From IMG/VR virus record IMGVR_UViG_3300045107_000440, positions 1-64,000 of that record: a DNA stretch of 64,000 nucleotides; one strand, 5' to 3'. The stretch comes from a virus. Positions 58,715 through 64,000 of this stretch are shown here, one piece after another. Position 1 is the first letter of the stretch; each line of letters opens with the position of its first letter. The notes beneath the pieces are model-generated. The model saw nothing but the letters and a program-made list of their open reading frames with translations, did not search any database and was not told the origin of the DNA. Made by a program: the position numbers and the translations under genes.

Positions 58715-59523
58715 AGCGGGAATTGTCTGATCATTAAATCCTCTGGAATTTCTTTAATCTTGTCGATCTGCTTAAAGAAATAAGGCACTCCAAACTCCGC
58801 ACACTGATCGCGCATGGCGCGTGCCCAATCAAGATTGAACGGCCTTTTATGATGACCGCTCTCTCCGCCTTGGATTACCCAATCAATCTGCCCTTCCTGG
58901 AAAGGATTATTGATTAACCAATTTGGCTCCAGATAAACGCTATCCAATTGAGGCTCGATGCTCAAAAATTTCTTGCCTTTGACTTTAAGCAATTGAGGTA
59001 CCAATGTTTTCGCAGTGGCCTGATCTACAATCGAAGTCCCATACATGACATTTGGCGGAGGTTCTTCAAGCCAGCCAGCGGGAACATACTTTGCGATGTT
59101 GCTGGGCCGTTTGGTGAGAAATAAAAACATCAGGTTAGGGTACAATCCACGCGAACCATCTTCATTTTCACCCCAGGTTATGCGAGTGAATAACTCTTGT
59201 CTTAAATCATCGGTGGTCTCCAAATGCGTATATGGTGAATTCAACAATGGCATCGGCTTTTCGAAGATATCCATCATCGATCCCACAAAAACGCGCTTCA
59301 TCACGCCTTCTTTTTTAGCCTGACGTTGAAACTTTGCCAGGTCTTTCCAGATTGATTTGATAAATCTTCTTGGTGCGTCATTGCCCCACAATGTCTTCCC
59401 TCCATCATACCGATGAGAAAATACACGTGCGTAACAATTGTCGCAGCCTGCATGAACTTCCGTGCAGCCCCACCATAAATTTCCGGAATGGTGGCACCAC
59501 TCAATTTTGCTATTCTCTGCCAT
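58711..59523 (-). CDS. phage Gp37/Gp68-family protein (DUF5131)
   Basis: The N-terminus SKIEWCHHSGNLWWGCTEVHAGCDNCYA is the family signature. Confidence 0.7.
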   Translation of the reverse strand: MAENSKIEWCHHSGNLWWGCTEVHAGCDNCYARVFSHRYDGGKTLWGNDAPRRFIKSIWKDLAKFQRQAKKEGVMKRVFVGSMMDIFEKPMPLLNSPYTHLETTDDLRQELFTRITWGENEDGSRGLYPNLMFLFLTKRPSNIAKYVPAGWLEEPPPNVMYGTSIVDQATAKTLVPQLLKVKGKKFLSIEPQLDSVYLEPNWLINNPFQEGQIDWVIQGGESGHHKRPFNLDWARAMRDQCAEFGVPYFFKQIDKIKEIPEDLMIRQFPL

Positions 59524-60221
59524 TACAATGGATTTAAAAACATCATCTTCCGGTGAACGTTGATCAGCGTTCTTACATCAGACTCGCAGTAACGTACTAT
59601 TTTGTCAATGTCGTTTTCCTCGTAGTACACTGAGGCCACTTGGTCTCCACTCATTTCTTCCTTCGGAGATGGCAGACCAAATACATGAGCAAGCAAGTCA
59701 AGGGAGACAGAGTACTTTAAGTCCGTGAACTTCCACATCTCTTGCGTATCGTACAATGGAACTTCCCATGGTTTTCTGCCAGCGGTGTCCAATACCGGAG
59801 GGATGGGGATTCCGTGAATCAAATACTTTCGCGCGAGCACAGGAAAGTCAAAGCCTTTTCCAAAGTGTGCACAAAGTTGGTAGGCTTTGCTCAAGGCCTG
59901 TGATAGCTGAGTTAAAATCGTTTCCTCCGGGCCTGAAAAAGATTTTATGTAAATGCCTTCCTTTTGAAGCTCAGTAGTGGGCTTGGCAAAAGCCACTTGC
60001 GTAATTGCCCCCAGACTGACGCAGACTATTTTATTGAACTCCGCGTGAAGGGCTGCTTTTTGAGCATAGATGATGTCGCAGGCATGAAAATCTGAGTCAA
60101 CCATAATTTCTTCAATCTCTCTGGCAAACTTCTTTTTGAAAAGCTGCTTTGTGCGGTCATCCGCGTCATCAAAGCATTTAAAAGCCGGTACGGACTCAAC
60201 ATCCAGATAGTACATTGACAT
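59523..60221 (-). CDS. DnaQ/PolB-exonuclease-like 3'-5' exonuclease
   Basis: Exo motifs are present: YLDVES, HFGKGFDFPVL and YCESDV. Confidence 0.65.
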   Translation of the reverse strand: MSMYYLDVESVPAFKCFDDADDRTKQLFKKKFAREIEEIMVDSDFHACDIIYAQKAALHAEFNKIVCVSLGAITQVAFAKPTTELQKEGIYIKSFSGPEETILTQLSQALSKAYQLCAHFGKGFDFPVLARKYLIHGIPIPPVLDTAGRKPWEVPLYDTQEMWKFTDLKYSVSLDLLAHVFGLPSPKEEMSGDQVASVYYEENDIDKIVRYCESDVRTLINVHRKMMFLNPL

Positions 60222-60314
60222 AGATTTTTGTTTTATTTTTCCGAAAAGTGAAAATTATTAAACAATTTTACAATTGAAAGTCAAAATATTTTACTTTGTT
60301 GTATATTTGTGCTG

Positions 60315-60782
60315 ATGGGAAAACATGACTTAGCAAGAAAAATAAAGGAAGCCACCGGAATGGACATGGTGGAATTCTGCAAAATTCATCTCAAAACCGA
60401 TGTAAAAGCCTTTCAATATCGCAGGCGTAATAAGCGATGCTACCCGAATGAAGTGATACTCATATCATGGATTTTAAAGGAAAGCGTCAAAGACCTGTTT
60501 GGCGAAGATTTCAATTCTCTTATGGCAGAACATGGAGACGAGGAGATCACAAGGAAAATCCGGGATATGTTCAGCGGGGCCAGCGACAAAGAGAAAAAGA
60601 AGTACATGGTGCTATTGGGTATCTCCGCGCCACGGACACTTCCAGCGGCTAAATCAGAAGTTAAATCCGAGGCTGAGCCCGAACCTGAGGTGAAGGTAAT
60701 TCAGTCAGAGAAGCCGAAGGAAAAACCTAAAGGAAGCCAAAAATTTACAGACTTCTTTGATGACTTGGTTATCAGGCGGTAA
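60315..60782 (+). CDS. hypothetical protein, possible regulator
   Basis: ATG 60315 (the track ORF starts at GTG 60309). Helical N-terminal half and a K/E-rich tail. Confidence 0.5.
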   Translation: MGKHDLARKIKEATGMDMVEFCKIHLKTDVKAFQYRRRNKRCYPNEVILISWILKESVKDLFGEDFNSLMAEHGDEEITRKIRDMFSGASDKEKKKYMVLLGISAPRTLPAAKSEVKSEAEPEPEVKVIQSEKPKEKPKGSQKFTDFFDDLVIRR

Positions 60783-60787
60783 TTTTA

Positions 60788-60806
60788 ATTTAGAATGATT
60801 CTAAAT
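60788..60806. promoter_or_regulatory. 19-bp palindrome ATTTAGAATGATTCTAAAT
   Basis: Perfect 9-bp arms. Confidence 0.55.
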
Positions 60807-60824
60807 AATAATGGTAAATAGTTT

Positions 60825-60832
60825 TACATTTG
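60825..60832 (+). promoter_or_regulatory. -7 box TACATTTG
   Basis: Upstream of gene 60886; the palindrome is at 60788-60806. Confidence 0.5.
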
Positions 60833-60885
60833 AAGTAAGTTATCAAGGTGGTAACTGCATGTGTTAAACGTTTAACCAAAAAACG

Positions 60886-61449
60886 ATGGCCAATCTATTT
60901 TTAACAGCGAAGCGCATCAGCCCGGCAAAGTCGGACTTTTCGCAACCTCAAATGCTGGAATTGGAAACCAACAACATTGTGAAAGTAAAGCCTTTTAAAA
61001 AGGGACTTTCAATTCTGTATGGTACCAGCGTCCGCCCGTGGAAGAAATACCGCGTGGCAGAAACTCCAAGTGATTATGATAACGCGCAGAAACTTGCCCT
61101 GGGCCTGACCACAGGTTCCGATGGTACGGTTAACCTGGCGGCATCCGGAACAGCACAAGGAACGGCATTGCCCGTAGGCGGTTTGACCGCTTACTACAAT
61201 GTGGTGACTGGTGCGACCGCAGGTTCTCAGGTGGGTGTTATTTTGCCTCCGGCATCAACGAAATTCAACAGCGGTGGTGCATTTGTGGTGAAGAACGCGG
61301 CCTCTACGGCAATCAGCGTCTATCCCGCAGCCAGCGAGTACATCGATGCCGGTGCCAGCAATGCTCCGGTTACGTGCGGATCGCTGCAAAGACTACATTT
61401 CTTTGCCAGCGCATCCAACAAGTGGCTATCTGCCTCTGTGTACGCGTAA
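60886..61449 (+). CDS. late protein with fibre-tip-like C-terminal module
   Basis: Preceded by a palindrome plus TACATTTG box and followed by a terminator. The C-terminus ...LPPAS...GGAFVVKNAASTAISVYPA...NKWLSASVYA resembles the module repeated in the 1204-aa fibre. Confidence 0.6.
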   Translation: MANLFLTAKRISPAKSDFSQPQMLELETNNIVKVKPFKKGLSILYGTSVRPWKKYRVAETPSDYDNAQKLALGLTTGSDGTVNLAASGTAQGTALPVGGLTAYYNVVTGATAGSQVGVILPPASTKFNSGGAFVVKNAASTAISVYPAASEYIDAGASNAPVTCGSLQRLHFFASASNKWLSASVYA

Positions 61450-61465
61450 TCACCCGGAAAAATCA

Positions 61466-61495
61466 TAAAAAGGCGGCTACGGTTGCCTTTTTATT
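61466..61495 (+). terminator. rho-independent terminator
   Basis: Stem aaaaaggc/gccttttt after gene 60886..61449. Confidence 0.55.
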
Positions 61496-61516
61496 TGTCT
61501 TGTTTTTTAACATCGT

Positions 61517-63145
61517 ATGAAAAAAATAGTAATCCACGCCCCAATTGCCACAGATGCAACAAGTTTCTACCGAGCCTTTGGCCCCTTTAACAAACTGCAG
61601 GACGTTGAAATAATCAACGGTTCAAACGAAGGATTTGAATACAACTGGCACACGCTTCAAAACATCGACATCGTTTTTGCCCAGCGCCCCAGCACTCATT
61701 TTTGTCTTAACATCATCCGCGTGGCAAAGAACTGCAACAAGCCCGTGTGGATTGATTACGATGATGATTACATTAAAATACCAGCCACCAATCCGAGGCA
61801 TGATCTTTACCAAGCGGTTTCGCGCCAAGCCCAGATAAGAGAGTGCATGAGGCTGGCAGATGTGATCACCGTAAGCACTCCGGCAATAAAGAAATCTATC
61901 CTGGAAGATGTAGAGACCGATGCGGAAATCATTGTAGTTCCCAATGCCTGCGATTGGTCACTGTTCCAAAAATCTGATGCTCCAAGGTCAAAGACAATAC
62001 TCTGGCGCGGGGGCGACACGCACGCGAAAGATGCCGAGCTTTACCAAGATGCCATCAAAGCATGCTTTGACAAATACCCCGAATACCAATGGTTTTTTTA
62101 CGGCCACAAGTTTGATTGGATGATTGAACATTCGATCAAAACCAAAAGCCATAAAAGGGTAAATTTCTATGAATTCGAGGATTTGATGACGTATTTTAAG
62201 AACCTCATGCAGATCCGGCCGGAGATTTTGATAGTCCCATTGGAAGACAATGTGTTCAATCGATCTAAAAGCAATATCTCATGGATTGAAGGAACATTGG
62301 CGGGAGCCACCGTCATGGCCTCTTCGTTGCCGGAGTTTGTCGGCCGCGATGGGTGCGCGTTGTTTGACGACCAGGAGGATTTTGTTACAACCTTTGACAC
62401 TCTCGTTACCAACCAGGAGTTAAGCCTTTCACTCCGGGAAAAGAGCTTGAAAAATATACCTGATCTTGACGAGGCGAATTCACTACGGGAGGAAATTATT
62501 GACCGATTGACGCAAAAGAAATTCTTTCCGAAGGTGATCAATAATGTAGTTCCTTGGGATGACAAACGATTTTTTGAATACTGTCTCCTGCAAGGTCATA
62601 TTCAGGAAAATCCAGCCTACACCAAGGGCCACCATAATGTCGCGGACTGGCTGATCAATAAACTCGATCCTGAGACCATGATTGAATTCGGCTGCGGGCC
62701 GGGAGGGATGTTAGAGAGATTTTTAACCTGCAACGTGGAGTCCATAGGACTGGAATTGAACGATTACTTCATCGACTATTTCCAAAATCGCAACCCGGTA
62801 TTCCACGACAGGATCATCAAATGCAATTTTGCGGTAGACAATCTTGATGATCTTAACATCGATGAAACCGACCTTGGGGTTTCTATCGAGGTATTTGAAC
62901 ATATCGACAAGCCCGAGGAGTGGTGGGACTCTTTTATCCAAAAGCTGTCGAAAAACATCAGATTCTTTTATTTCACCAGCACTCCAAATCGAAATACCTT
63001 GGAATTTGATCTCCAATGGGGACACTGCAATATCCGCCAGGAAGCAGCGTGGATTGATCTTTTCAAGCGAAACGGGTGGAGATTGATCGACAGGCCAAAG
63101 CAAATTTGCTCCTGGGACTTGCTGTTCCAATCGGTGAATAAGTAA
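61517..63145 (+). CDS. two-domain protein: glycosyltransferase-like N-terminal half fused to a class I SAM-dependent methyltransferase
   Basis: MTase motif I is MIEFGCGPGGMLERF and a later motif is LGVSIEVFEHI. The glycosyltransferase call for the N-terminal half is weak. Confidence 0.6.
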   Translation: MKKIVIHAPIATDATSFYRAFGPFNKLQDVEIINGSNEGFEYNWHTLQNIDIVFAQRPSTHFCLNIIRVAKNCNKPVWIDYDDDYIKIPATNPRHDLYQAVSRQAQIRECMRLADVITVSTPAIKKSILEDVETDAEIIVVPNACDWSLFQKSDAPRSKTILWRGGDTHAKDAELYQDAIKACFDKYPEYQWFFYGHKFDWMIEHSIKTKSHKRVNFYEFEDLMTYFKNLMQIRPEILIVPLEDNVFNRSKSNISWIEGTLAGATVMASSLPEFVGRDGCALFDDQEDFVTTFDTLVTNQELSLSLREKSLKNIPDLDEANSLREEIIDRLTQKKFFPKVINNVVPWDDKRFFEYCLLQGHIQENPAYTKGHHNVADWLINKLDPETMIEFGCGPGGMLERFLTCNVESIGLELNDYFIDYFQNRNPVFHDRIIKCNFAVDNLDDLNIDETDLGVSIEVFEHIDKPEEWWDSFIQKLSKNIRFFYFTSTPNRNTLEFDLQWGHCNIRQEAAWIDLFKRNGWRLIDRPKQICSWDLLFQSVNK

Positions 63146-63165
63146 AATAATTCAACATTTTAAGC

Positions 63166-63197
63166 AACGGACTATTGACAGTAGCCCGTTTTTTTTT
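63166..63197 (+). terminator. rho-independent terminator
   Basis: Stem aacgg/ccgtt plus T9. It merges into the next promoter box. Confidence 0.45.
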
Positions 63198-63204
63198 ACA
63201 TTTG
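63197..63204 (+). promoter_or_regulatory. -7 box TACATTTG
   Basis: Upstream of gene 63244; the palindrome is at 63211-63229. Confidence 0.5.
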
Positions 63205-63210
63205 AGTGTT

Positions 63211-63229
63211 ATTTAGAATCATTCTAAAC
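63211..63229. promoter_or_regulatory. 19-bp palindrome ATTTAGAATCATTCTAAAC
   Basis: One arm mismatch at the last position. Confidence 0.5.
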
Positions 63230-63243
63230 AAAAAAACTTGGTT

Positions 63244-64000
63244 ATGGCCATCAATCATCCTTTCCAAAATTTCGATTCCAGCAAATTCAAAGTAGGTGGT
63301 GACGACAACGACACTGCTGTTTTAGATGACGATCCTTTGAAACCTGGTGACGATAATTTGGATGATCCGAAGCCTGGTGATGATGACCCAAAACCGGGCG
63401 AAGGTGATGATACGCCTGCCGAGGGGGCTGATGATCCTGACAAAGATAAGGATAAGGATAAGGATAAGGACAAAGACCAAGACCCAGATCCCAATGAAAA
63501 GCCAGCCGATGACACCCCAGTAGACTACACTGAGGAAGATTTCATCTCTGACGCCAATTTATATGTTCAGGAAACGACCGGAATGTCGATCGACCAAGTT
63601 CAGGGCCTTGTAAAAAGGAACCAAGAACTTGAAGCTGCGCTGAAGAACCGTGAGCCGGAATTCCCGAACCCACAAGCAAAAGTACTTTACGAACATGTGA
63701 TAAAGGCCGCTGGCGCTAATCTTAGCGATAAGACCAGTCTATCCGCAGCCGCCAATTACCTCCGACTAACCTCGTTGGACCTCGCTACCATGTCGCCCAA
63801 GGAAAAACAACTTGAGGCCTACGTGCTTGCCCGTCCCGACATTTCAAGATCACAAGCTGAAAAGATCTTCGAAAAGCGGTATGAGCAAAGATTCACGGAT
63901 TTGGAAAATGACGAGATACAAGCTGACGAGCATGGGATAGCCACCCGTGAAGCGGAACAAAAAATCCTCGCTTTCCAAAAGGAATTTACCTCTGCTAAGA
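63244..64000 (+). CDS. acidic late protein, scaffold-like (3' end outside window)
   Basis: ATG 63244 lies downstream of a TACATTTG box and palindrome. The frame is open to the window end: MAINHPFQNFDSS...DDPDKDKDKDKDKDKDQDPD... This ORF is not in the track because it has no stop in the window. Confidence 0.6.
   Translation, partial: MAINHPFQNFDSSKFKVGGDDNDTAVLDDDPLKPGDDNLDDPKPGDDDPKPGEGDDTPAEGADDPDKDKDKDKDKDKDQDPDPNEKPADDTPVDYTEEDFISDANLYVQETTGMSIDQVQGLVKRNQELEAALKNREPEFPNPQAKVLYEHVIKAAGANLSDKTSLSAAANYLRLTSLDLATMSPKEKQLEAYVLARPDISRSQAEKIFEKRYEQRFTDLENDEIQADEHGIATREAEQKILAFQKEFTSAK
63439..63486 (+). repeat. hexanucleotide repeat (GAYAAR)n encoding (DK)n
   Basis: (gataag)x4 at 63445-63468, flanked by gacaaa units. 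Confidence 0.85.

Noticed and set aside
63439-63486. Short tandem repeats considered as a CRISPR array.
   Set aside because: The repeats are 6-nt units with no spacers and lie inside a coding region. No repeat-spacer architecture was seen anywhere in the window.
63255-63515. 86-aa S/L/G-rich minus-strand ORF.
   Set aside because: It is the antisense reading of the D/K/P/G-coding repeats of the plus-strand gene that starts at 63244 behind a promoter box.

Overview
The window looks like a 64-kb segment of a tailed dsDNA phage or prophage of a Bacteroidota-type host. The host call rests on TAnnTTTG-type -7 boxes placed a few nt before start codons, almost no Shine-Dalgarno sequences, Sec/lipoprotein-style N-termini, and a DUF3127-type SSB. 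All calls come from hand reading of the sequence and the ORF track; no search tool was run.

Layout:
- 1-4400: tail-fibre genes.
- 4405-7604: two signal-peptide proteins, then a lysis cassette with an amidase_2 endolysin.
- 7606-21524: a tightly packed virion operon with giant proteins, a ParB-like domain and an embedded ferritin.
- 21526-24227 (minus): a moron/immunity block with a lipoprotein, membrane proteins and a 4xHTH regulator.
- 24320-31279: an early operon with RecT, a YqaJ-like exonuclease and GroES.
- 31329-37443 (minus): a packaging operon with a Cys-peptidase-like gene, a second GroES-like gene, a TerS candidate, TerL and portal.
- 38304-46249: many small genes.
- 46457-49176: a 25-gene tRNA array, with a second tRNA cluster at 51861-52340.
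- 49135-51394 (minus): SSB-like and DUF2829 (Tad2-like) genes.
- 52784-53602: a degenerate-looking tyrosine integrase.
- 56578-60221: HNH endonuclease, HAD phosphatase, NinG, Gp37/Gp68 and a 3'-5' exonuclease.
- 60886-64000: late genes under a shared palindrome plus TACATTTG promoter.

Most notable observation: the tRNA array is divided into sub-operons. Each is headed by a 19-29-codon mini-ORF whose amino-acid and codon content mirrors the tRNAs immediately downstream. Three of these mini-ORFs have terminator/antiterminator geometry like classical leader-peptide attenuators.

Other leads:
- Leu and Tyr tRNAs without long variable arms.
- Oversized tRNA-like genes.
- A non-coding gap carrying 16S-rRNA-3'-end-like motifs.
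- A 33-nt copy of a structural-gene segment in a promoter-proximal non-coding region.
- A ferritin in the virion module, and two GroES paralogues.

No rRNA genes and no CRISPR array were seen.
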